A DNA stretch of 64,000 bases, taken from NCBI GenBank assembly GCA_951406725.2, contig OX597828.1:44702001-44766000 (forward strand), read 5' to 3'. Each line of letters opens with the position of its first letter. Position 1 is the stretch's first letter. Positions 53,310 to 64,000 of the stretch are shown here, piece by piece. Both the position numbers and the translations under genes were made by a program. The DNA comes from Octopus vulgaris. Its lineage: Eukaryota. Below the pieces are notes generated by a model. That model made no database searches. It was given only the letters and a program-made list of their open reading frames with translations, and had not been told where the DNA came from.

Positions 53310-53725
53310 GGTGTAGGAGGGGCTGTGTGGTAAATAGCTTGCTTACGAACCACATGGCTCTGGGTTCAGTCCCACTGCATGGCACCTTGGGCAAGTGTCT
53401 TCTATAGCCTAGGGCCAACCAAAGCCTTGTGAGTGGATTTGGTAGATGGAAACTGAAAGAAGCCCGTCGTATATATGTATATATGTGTGTATGTGTGTGT
53501 ATATCTTTGTGTGTCTGAATTTGTCCCCCCCCTACAACGCTTGACAACTGATGCTGGTGCATTTACATCACTGTAACTTTGTGGTTCAGCAAAAGAGACC
53601 AATAAATTAAGCACTAGGCTTACAAAGAATAAGTCCTGGGGTTGATTTGCTCAACTAAAGCCAGTGCTCCAGCATGACCACAGTCAAATGACTGAAACAA
53701 GTTAAAAGAGTTAAAAAGTAAAAGA
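53310..53725 (+). mobile_element. SINE family A
   Basis: Homology to 7161-7543. Confidence 0.85.
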
Positions 53726-53816
53726 GTACACATATATCTCTATTTTGTGTGTGTGTGTGTGTGAATACATGGACACACAAACACATATATACATATATAT
53801 ATATATAATAATGTTC

Positions 53817-54028
53817 GTCCTTCGGGTTCGACGGAAGTTCTGAAGCAGGCAGATCTCCCTAGCACCATCACGATCATGCGCAAGGCCCAGCTGAGATGGG
53901 CAGGCCACGTCTCCTGCATGTCCGACACTCGCATCCCAAAACAGCTCTTCTACGGTAAACTCAGCCAGGGCAAACGCAAAGTCGGAGAGCAGAAGAAGCG
54001 CTTCAAGGACAGTCTCAAAGTCTCTCTC
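53817..54028 (+). pseudogene. RTE/BovB-like LINE internal ORF fragment
   Basis: TEVLKQADLPSTITIMRKAQLRWAGHVSCMSDTRIPKQLFYGKLSQGKRKVGEQKKRFKDSLKVSL. Confidence 0.85.
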
Positions 54029-54233
54029 ATATATACACACACAAATATATATGTATACTTATGATATTAGTGAATTTGCTCCTAAACACTAGCTTTAAGT
54101 GTAATGATGTGATAGCTGCCGAAACAAAGAATGGCAAAGCGCAATGTATCAATCAAGATGGTACGTGTATAACAGCACAAATAAAGAAGCAGCCAACATT
54201 TATCAGATCAGTTTATAACTTAAAATATTTAAA

Positions 54234-54625
54234 CAGGAGTGGCTGTGTGGTAAGTAGCTTGTTTACGAACTACATGGTTCCGCGTTCAGTCCCACTGCGT
54301 GGCACCTTGGGCAAGTGTCTTCGACTATAGCCTCGGGCCGACCAAAGCCTTGTGAGTGGATTTGGTAGATGGAAACTGAAAGAAGCCCGTCGTATATATG
54401 TTTATATGTGTGTGTGCGTGTATGTTTGTGTGTCTGTGTTTGTCCCCCTAGCATTGCTTGACAACAGATGCTGGTGTGTTTATGTCCCCATCACTTAGCG
54501 GTTCGGCAAAAGAGACCGATAGAATAAGTACTGGGCTTACAAAGAATAAGTCCCAGGGTCGAGTTGCTTGATTAAAGGCGGTGCTCCAGCATGGCCACAG
54601 TCAAAATGACTGAAACAAGTAAAAA
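54234..54625 (+). mobile_element. SINE family A
   Basis: Homology to 7161-7543. Confidence 0.85.
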
Positions 54626-54831
54626 ACAAATATAAAGAAAAGGAAATAGACATAAAGGAATATATCATCATCATCATCATCATTTAATGTCCACTTTCTA
54701 TGCTAGCATGGGTTGGACAATTTGACTGAGGGTTGGCGAGCCAGATGGCTGCACCAGGCTCCAATCTTGATCTGACAGAGTTTCTACAACTGGATGCCCT
54801 TCCTAACGCCATATACATATATATACATATA

Positions 54832-55432
54832 GGCGCAGGAGTGGCTGTGTGGTAAGTAGCTTGCTTACCAACCACATGGTTCCGGGTTCAGTCCCACTGC
54901 GTGGTACTTTGGGCAAGTGTCTTCTGCTATAGCCTCGGGCCGACCAAAGCCTTATGAGTTGATTTGGTAGAAGGAAACTGAAAGAAGCCCGTCGTATATA
55001 TGCATATGTATGTGTATATATATATATAAAAAAAGGAAATGAAGAAAATGCTGACAAAATAATTTAAGTAATTTAAGTAATTTAATTAGGTGAAAATTCT
55101 TTTTACCGGTTGCGCATTTGTTATGCTTATCAAAAGATATTTTTTTAAGAGAGATATAGTTCCTTTCTGATAGATTTTTTTTCCTCTTATATATATGTAT
55201 ACATATATATATATGTGGTGTGTGTGTGTGTTTGTGTGTCTGTGTTTGTCCCCCAACATTGCTTGACAACTGCTGCTGGTGTGTTTACGTCCCTGTAACT
55301 TAGCGGTTCAGCAAAAGAGATCAATAGAATAAGTGCTAGGCTTACAAAGAATAAGTCCTGGGGTCAATTTTCTCGACTAAAGGCGGTGCTCCAGTATGGC
55401 CACAGTCAAATGACTGAAGCAAGTAAAAGAGA
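54832..55432 (+). mobile_element. SINE family A with a ~165-bp insertion in its internal (TA)n
   Basis: Head 54832-55000, tail 55215-55432, unrelated AT-rich insert at ~55028-55190. Confidence 0.75.
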
Positions 55433-55472
55433 TATGCATATGTATATATATATATATATATATATATGTATG

Positions 55473-55519
<47 letters not shown>

Positions 55520-55622
55520 TTCGAGCCTGGTGCAGCCTCCCGGCTTGCCAGTTCTCAGTCAAACCGTCAGTATGGAAAGCAGATGTTAGATGACAATAAC
55601 AACAACAACGACAATGATGATG

Positions 55623-55660
<38 letters not shown>

Positions 55661-55679
55661 CATAATGTATATATATATA

Positions 55680-56212
55680 TATCATCATCATCATCATCAT
55701 CATTTAACGTCCGCTTTCCATGCTAGCATGGGTTGGACGGTTCAACTGGGGTCTGGGGAGCCCGAAGGCTGCACCAGGCCAGTCAGATCTGGCAGTGTTT
55801 CTACAGCTGGATGCCCTTCCTAACACCAACCACTCCGAGAGTGTAGTGGGTGATTTTATGTGCCACCGACACAGGTGCCAGACGAGGCTGACGAACGGCC
55901 ACGCTCGGATGGTGTTTTTATGTGCCACCGACACAGGTGCCAGACGAGGCTGGCGAACGGCCACGCTCGGATGGTGTTTTTATGTGCCACCGACACAGGT
56001 GCCAGACGAGGCTGGTGAACGGCCATGCTCGGATGGTGTTTTTATGTGCCACCGACACAGGTGCCAGACGAGGCTGGCGAACGGCCACGCTCGGATGGTG
56101 TTTTTATGTGCCACCGACACAGGTGCCAGACGAGGCTGGCGAACGGCCACGCTCGGATGGTGTTTTTATGTGCCACTGACACAGGTGCCAGACGAGGCTG
56201 ACGAACGGCCAC
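55680..56212 (-). mobile_element. RTE 3' UTR with 61-bp minisatellite (~6 units)
   Basis: TTTATGTGCCACCGACACAGGTGCCAGACGAGGCTG recurs every 61 bp. Confidence 0.88.
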
Positions 56213-57136
56213 ATATTTTACCTTCTGTGCATTTATATGCATTCCTTTTATATGTTGAAGGCCACGGTATTGCTTATATATGATCAACTGTATATGGAAG
56301 TGTGTCGTTATATAAAGTCGTTGACTTGAATTTGATGTTTGTTCTCTAATCAATACTTTTTTATCTCTGTCTCAATTCACTTGAGCACTTCTTTCTTCCA
56401 GTCCTATAAACCTTTTTGTCTCCATAAAAAGAGGCAAAAATGATTTCTTGTCATATATATATATATATAATGGAACAAGAATGTAACAGACAACAACAGA
56501 ACATTCAGACAGTTAGATGATACAAAAAAGGACAGGGAAAACCAAGGACGGGTCATTCAGAGCTTTCAATCTTCAGTTGAGTACCAGATCGTCTTTGCAG
56601 TTTCAGCTGGTTACTCTCAAGAATGGTCTAATCTGGCTGGCCCTAAGAAAATCTAAGCTGAGAGCACTAGATTCTTTGGAAGGAAGCAAGCGAATGTATA
56701 CAAAAACAAGGACAAAAAAGAACGGAGAAATGGTACACAGTTACAAATACAAATAACAGGACATTAACAACAGGTGTCTTTCGACTAAGGACAAATTAAA
56801 TTAAGCTGGCGTGTGTGGAAGTGAAGCTTACAGCAGGAACATAGAAGATGAAAGTCATGGAAAGAAATATAAGAGATGCTACATGGATGGTAGTCGAACC
56901 AAGAAAGAAAGTTCAGGCTTGGCTGAACTCCTGAAGGAGAGGATATATATATATATATATATATATATTAACAGTTATCACCAAGTTAATATGGCAGTCC
57001 ATAAATATAGGACTAAAGCTGCTGTTGATTAGCTCCAAGAGGCCATCACCTCTAGCTAGCTATATGACACATGAACCTGTGTCCATTATAACCTTCGAAC
57101 AGGGGAGGTCAGGCACTTCCCCTTGCTGGTCAGGCA

Positions 57137-57179
57137 TCTGCAGTCTAGTTTCAGGGTATTTGCCCTTTATCAATGCAGA
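57137..57179 (-). ncRNA. U3-A8 HHR, second family member (element 56968-57192)
   Basis: TCTGCA-TTGATAA-AGGGcaaataCCCT-GAAA-CTAG-AC-TGCAGA; U16.1 is A, so this copy is likely inactive. Confidence 0.55.
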
Positions 57180-57304
57180 GTAGCCAAACCCATATATATA
57201 TATAAACGTCATACTCTCCTTCTTCCATTTTCCTGAGCGCCTAATAATATTAATACTGTAATTGTTTCACGTGTTGTTGTTTTTCTGTTTTCCCGTTTGG
57301 ATTA

Positions 57305-57340
<36 letters not shown>

Positions 57341-57454
57341 TGATTGATTGATTGATTCTAGTTTCAGCTCATGAGCTGTGGCCATGCTGGGGCACCGCCA
57401 TATATATATATATATATAAATTGATCAAAATAAAAACATGATGCCAAGGATTCA

Positions 57455-57532
57455 GCAGTACATATGTTTCGGGCCTTTATTAGACAGATTTATAACAATG
57501 CATAATGTATGTCTGTGGCCTTCTTCAGCCGC
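57455..57532 (-). ncRNA. Type I HHR with long stem II
   Basis: GCGG-CTGAAGA-aGGCC...GGCCc-GAAA-CATATG-TA-CTGC; closing pair of stem II mismatched. Confidence 0.55.
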
Positions 57533-57604
57533 GCACAACAACTTCCACAAGGACATGTGTTACATCAAAAATTCTTGGTTGGGGATGCAAATCCTCTCAT
57601 TCGT

Positions 57605-57707
<103 letters not shown>

Positions 57708-57919
57708 CAACATGCTGTGTTAAATCCAACTGAAACAGAGTTCCTTTGATGAGATACCTCTTATTGTATCATCTGACAAGCTGCTTCTGCACCGAGGGAT
57801 GCACGACAACTATGTGTATAGCTTCTCATCCATGAGAGATCGATGCAGGCTGTCCCAAAACGATCCCTGTGAGCAATAAAGTTTCTCCTGTATTCTATTC
57901 TTCATCTCTGTCGTTTGTT

Positions 57920-57965
57920 TTATATATGTATGTATGTATGTATCTATGTATGTATGTATGCATGC

Positions 57966-57998
<33 letters not shown>

Positions 57999-58037
57999 TG
58001 TATGTATGTATGTATGTATGTATGTATGTATGCATGC

Positions 58038-58070
<33 letters not shown>

Positions 58071-58240
58071 TGTATGTATGTATGTATGCATGTATGTATG
58101 TATGTATGTATGTATGTATGTATGTATGTATGTATGCATGTATGCATGTATGTATGCATGTATGTATGTATGTATGTATGCATGTATGCATGTATGTATG
58201 CATGTATGTATGTATGTATGTATGTATGCATGTATGTATT
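57920..58240. repeat. (TATG)n microsatellite
   Basis: Direct inspection. Confidence 0.95.
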
Positions 58241-58522
58241 TATCAATCAGGATATCAAGAAGAGTATGGAATATGAAAAATAAGTAATAGTTTGATACAC
58301 TCCAGGATAAAGGAGAAATGAGGTCCACAGCATTGATGAGATATAGTTTGATAAGTAGATCAAAGGTGTTGCAGGTAAACATCTCTGAAGTGTTAACAAA
58401 GAAAGTTTTTACTTCTGACACCATTAGTCTTCTTACCAAACGATACCCATTTAATGCCCGGTCTGGGAATCGAAACCGCGATCCTACAACCGGGAGCCCA
58501 TTGCCCTAACCACTGTGCCATT

Positions 58523-58930
58523 GCATCATCATCATCATCATCATTTAACGTCCACTTGCCATGCTGGGATGGGCTGGACGGTTCAACTGGGGTCTGGGAA
58601 GCCAGAAGGCTGCACCAGGCCCAATTTGATCTGGCAGTGTTTCTACAGCTGGATGCCCTTCCTAATGCCAACCACTCCGTGAGTGTAGTAGGTGCTTTTT
58701 ACGTGCCACCGGCACAGGTGCCAGACGAGGCTGGCAAACGGCCATGATCGGATGGTGCTTTTTACGTGCCACCAGCACGGGGACCAGACGAAGCTGGCAA
58801 CGGCCACGGTTGGATGGTGCTTTTTACATGCCACCGGCACGGAGGCCAGTCGGGCAGCGCTGGCTACGGCCACGTCCAGATGGTTCTCTTATGTGCCACC
58901 GGCACTGGTATCTCAGCTACAAATTCCACA
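58523..58930 (-). mobile_element. RTE LINE 3' UTR fragment (family B)
   Basis: Reverse-complement homology. Confidence 0.85.
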
Positions 58931-59754
58931 ACTCACATACACACATACACACATACATACATACACACACGCTCATATGTATATGTGCATATACATGTTT
59001 ATGTGCGTATACATATATATATAAACCTTAGTTATAGCGGATATCAGTGTCATGCAAACTGACACCCACACCAGCATGGACAACGGATGTTAAAATGATG
59101 TTGATGATGATGATGCTGATTATTTATATATAAACACACACACACGTTTATATATATGCATGAGTTTATGTGTGAGTGTGTATATGTGTGTCTATATATG
59201 CACATACATTGAAAAATTATTTGAAATATTTTCTTTTTAAATCATATACAAAAAAAAGCATAATATAAACAAATAACTTTAAACAACAAAACCCTACACA
59301 CACATACATACACATGTACACACAAACACACACACACACACGCATATAAGAATTACAGAGAGAGAGATTTATATTGACTTCTGATTGGTTGATTTTTAAC
59401 GCAACCAATACTAAAAGCAAATTTGGCAAAACAGCCAGATAAGTCTGTTATGAAGAATGGTGAGATAAAAGCAAAGATAAGACCATTTCATGGTATTTCA
59501 AAATTTTCACTAGTCTATAATTCACAAGTCTTGCAAAGAATGGTTGGATATTTTTTAAACTACCATGTTATATCACAAATGGTCAGATGGTGTAAATTGA
59601 TATGCAACATGATATCGTAGTATATCCATTGATAAACTTTGATAATTTATTTAAAAGTCATTCATCAAAATTGTTGCTGTTGTTGTTGCAGCTGCATATC
59701 TTTCTCTTTCTCTCTCTTTTTTTACCTCCCTCTCTCTCACTTGATATATATATA

Positions 59755-59851
<97 letters not shown>

Positions 59852-59864
59852 TCATCATTTAGCG

Positions 59865-59909
<45 letters not shown>

Positions 59910-59951
59910 TATATATATTTGCACATATATATATATATATATGCACACATA

Positions 59952-60775
59952 TAGGGTGCGATGGCTAAATTGTCACCATTTTATATTTTTTATTTCACAT
60001 ATGCACATTGTTTGTTTTTGATTCTGTTGACTAAGCAGTATAGTAGGGTCAGTTGGGCACCATCTGTACGAAAAACAGCACCATGATGCAATTCACTCAG
60101 CCAGAAATTTGGAAATGACATGCTGTACTGCTTGGCCTTCACGCTTGGAGCTCCAGTATGAACAAATGGTGAATACTGAACTACCGTTGGCTTGCCATGT
60201 CCCCAAAACATGTACGGAGAGTGATAAAAAAATAAACATTCAGTCAACATCATGGTGTTTGGAGTGGTCACTAGTGATGGTGATGTTATGCCTGTGCCTG
60301 GAGGAAGTAATGTTGCACTGGGTCAAGAGAGTGGCTGCTGGAAGGCCCTGTATCTGGTAGCACGACTCTGCACCATGCCACAAAAGCAGGAGTACCCAGT
60401 CACGGCTGTCAGAGAATTTCTGCAACCACATCACCCCTAACTTCTGGCTATCTTACTCCCTAGACTTCAACCCCCTTGAGTGTTGGGCACAGCTGAGCTA
60501 ACTAAGCTCCTTGTAACACCAAAGATGAATTGAAGGCAAGGATTAGGGCAACATTCACCAACTTAAACAAGGAGACTGTCCAGAAGAGTTGCAGGAGATT
60601 CCAAAGTCGTCTGGAGGCCATGGATGAAGCCAACGATGATTTTATTGAATAAATTTACTCTTTAGTATTTCGAGATATTTTTATGTAATTTTGAAAAATA
60701 TATCCGTTAAAATGAGATATCCGTGTTATTTTTATTTTTGCGTAATTTAAACAACAATATATTCACTGCACCCTG
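59952..60775 (+). mobile_element. DD37D Tc1/mariner internally deleted element with both TIRs
   Basis: TA-tAGGGTGCG...TGCACCCTG-TA; MVFGVVTSDGDVMP; DSAPCHKSRSTQSRLSENFCNHITPNFW..DFNPL. Confidence 0.85.
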
Positions 60776-61101
60776 TATCTATATATGATATATCATCAAT
60801 GTTGTCGCCATCATCCTCATCATCAACATCCACGTTTGACGTCTGTTTTCCATGCTACATGGATTGAATGGCTTGATGGGAACTGTCAAGGCCAGTGTCC
60901 GTGCCAGGTTCCATAGTGGGTTTTTTGCTTGGTTTTCTATGGTTAGATGCCCTCCCTAATGCCAACCACTTTAGAAAATGTACTGAATGCTTTTTACATG
61001 GCACTAACACCCACATTAATGCTTTTCATGTGGCACCTTGGAAGTATAATAATTTGACTTGATGCAATTTATCTCCTCTGTTTTACTATATACATACATG
61101 C

Positions 61102-61132
<31 letters not shown>

Positions 61133-61211
61133 ATAATAAATATTAGGGAATGAATCCAAAATTACAGGGAAAAATCAGATTTAGGGTTAAATCCAATTTA
61201 TAGTAAAATAT

Positions 61212-61395
61212 TATATAATATAATTCGAGACAAAACCACTATTTTAAAACCAAACAAGGAAAGACTTAATCAATACATAAAATTTTAATATAAATTAAAT
61301 AATTTTATTTAATTTGTATTAAAATTTTATGTATTGATTAAGTCTTTCCTTGTTTGGTTTTAAAATAGTGGTTTTGTCTCGAATTATATTATATA
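61212..61395. repeat. 184-bp near-perfect palindrome in a PLE-like element
   Basis: Arms meet at ~61303 with one mismatch; flank homologous to 35925-35990 and 63440-63505. Confidence 0.9.
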
Positions 61396-61418
61396 TATAC
61401 ACATATATATATACATAC

Positions 61419-61450
<32 letters not shown>

Positions 61451-61455
61451 GTATG

Positions 61456-61491
<36 letters not shown>

Positions 61492-61764
61492 TATATATGT
61501 ATGTATGTATGTGTGTGTGTGTATATATATATATATATACATACACAACACACACACACACACATACACACACATAAATATGTATGAATATATGTATATG
61601 TTTGTGTGTCTGTGTTTGTCCCCTCCATCATCAAATAACAACTGAAGTTGGTGTGTTTATGTCCTCGTAACTTAGCAGTTCGTCAAAAGAGACTAATAGA
61701 ATAAATACTAGGCTTACAAAGAATAAGTCTCTGAGTCGATTTGTTTGACTAAAGGTGGTGCTCT

Positions 61765-62490
61765 AAAGAGCTGATATAATCATTTTGGGAGAGAGAAAAG
61801 AACTGCGTACAGTTGTGGAAATCAGCTGCCCAGTGGATGTCAACATAAAGCTGAAGTTCAGAGCAAAAGAGAATACCTATGATAAACTATTGAGAAATCT
61901 GCAGTTACTCTTTCCAGATTACAAGTTCGGGTGTATACCTGTAATTATTGGGGCACTGGAATATGTAACACTGCCTAAATATCAATCTTGAGAAATTAGG
62001 CTTCTCAAAACCAGAAAGGAGAAAGCTAATTCGAAGACTACAGATCCAAGCCATCAGTGGAACTGTAAAAATCTGTAAGACTTTCCAGAAGTTTATAATT
62101 TAAGTACATATGCCTAGACATGCAACTATATGCATGAGCATGCATACATAAAACCAAACATACAACTCTGCACATAGCAATACATACATACATACATACA
62201 TACATACATACATGCATACATACATGCATGCATGCATGCATGCATACATACATACATACATACATACATACATACATACATACATACATACATACATACA
62301 TACAAGCATGCATACATACATACATTCAAGCATACATACGTACATACATACATACATACAAACATACATACATGCATACATACATGCATACTTTGCTGTT
62401 GATGTTGAAATTCCAATGAAAGCCTTGGAACTAAGTTAGAAACCAACTATCTCTCTGACAAGAAATCCTGAAATAAAACTAAATGACTAC
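61765..62490 (+). mobile_element. 3' end of RLE retrotransposon (R4/Dong-like family 2)
   Basis: TVVEISCPVDVNIKLKFRAKENTYDKLLRNLQLLFPDYKFGCIPVIIGALE; 3' UTR with expanded (CATA)n; homologous to 9551-10085. Confidence 0.78.
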
Positions 62491-63514
62491 AGACACACAC
62501 ACACACACACACATGGACGCATGCACGCACACAAATACAGTTACATAAATAAACTATAGTTATTCCATATCATCAGGTGAAAAACGAAGACCAAATAAGC
62601 TACAAAGAAAACAAGAAATAGATAAATATATATGACATTTCAGGGAAAATTAGATTATTTTCTTGCACGTTCACCAATAATGGTTCTCGTCAAATTCTAT
62701 AGAAAACTTACAAAAACACCAGAGTAAAATACGAGCATAGGCCCGATTTTTAATGCCAATCAGCTTTCCTCCAACATAGATCCCCTTATCAACACAGCCT
62801 GCCAAACCACTATCCCCTCCTCCTGTATACACATACCCCCTCATCCAGCTCCTTCACCTCCATCACCTTTTAATGAAAAAGCTAAACACTTTTGGTTATT
62901 GGAAGTAATCAAGATAATTTGGAACACATATGTGTGTGTCTGTGGTGTGTGTATATAAACATACATACACACACACATATGCATATACATATACCATATA
63001 TTTATATATATAAACAAATATGTATATATATATATATATGTATATAAATAAATATATATATATATACATATATATTGTATATATAAATATATCTATTATA
63101 TTTATGCACACATTGGTGCCTAAATGCATACACATATATACACGTAAGCGTGTGTGTGTGATCGTACATTTATATCATAGATTCATCAGAGTAAATCACA
63201 TTTCCTGACAAGCGTCCATGACCTTAATTGTGTTGTCGCCAAAGAGAAGGTGTGTGCATGTGTGTGCGTGTGTGTTTGTGTGTATGTGTGTATGTGTATG
63301 TGTGTGTGTGTGTGAAAACGTGCGTGACAGAGAAAAAAGAACAGATTTCCGTGTTAGGATCAATGTGTGTATGTGTATGAACATCTGGATGTGTGTGTAT
63401 ATATATAAAATATTTTTATATTTTTATATATTTACTTTGTAAAATTGGATTTAATACTAAATTGAATTTTTCCCTGTAAGTTTGGAGTTATACTCCCTAA
63501 TATTATTATTATTA

Positions 63515-63551
<37 letters not shown>

Positions 63552-63553
<2 letters not shown>

Positions 63554-63956
63554 CTCTTTTACTCTTTTACTTGTTTCAGTCATTTGACTGCGGCAATGCT
63601 GGAGCACCGCCTTTAATCGAGCAACTCGACCCCGGGACTTATTCTTTGTAAGCCCAGTACTTATTCTATCGGTCTCTTTTGCCGAACCGCTAAGTAACTG
63701 GGACATAAACACACCAGCTTCGGTTGTCAAGCAATGCTAGGGTGACAAGCACAGACACGCATATATATATATATAAATACTCATATATACGACGGGCTTC
63801 TTTTTCAGTTTCCATCTACCAAATCCACTCACAAGGCATTGGTCGGCCCGAGGCTATAGTAGAAGACACTTGGCCAAGGTGCCATGCGGTGGGACTGAAC
63901 CCGGAACCATGTGATTGGTAAACAAGCTACTTACCACACAGCCACTCCTGTGCCTA
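63552..63956 (-). mobile_element. SINE family A
   Basis: Reverse-complement homology. Confidence 0.85.
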
Positions 63957-64000
63957 TGAATTCATCAAGGTATCAATATATTTATATTGGGTTGTTCGGA

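Overview
Repeat-saturated eukaryotic intronic/intergenic DNA. The SINE, RTE and microsatellite landscape is what I associate with octopus (inference). I found no intact, recognisable host gene, and nearly all supplied ORFs are microsatellite read-throughs. Identifiable content: a near full-length decayed DD34D mariner, three DD37D Tc1/mariner relics, piggyBac-like and pogo-like MITEs, Helitron/Helentron derivatives, many 5'-truncated RTE LINEs whose 3' UTR carries an expanding 61-67 bp minisatellite, R4/Dong-type RLE retrotransposon ends in microsatellites, and several tRNA-derived SINE families. The main signal is about 14 type I hammerhead-ribozyme (HHR) motifs in short Penelope-like (PLE) non-coding elements, mostly inserted in (TA)n. 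They include canonical cores, a U3-A8 variant with covarying stems, a three-copy family with U at core position 6, an inverted twin pair, and an HHR downstream of a tRNA-like head. All HHR folds were assigned by eye, and most repeat boundaries are approximate.
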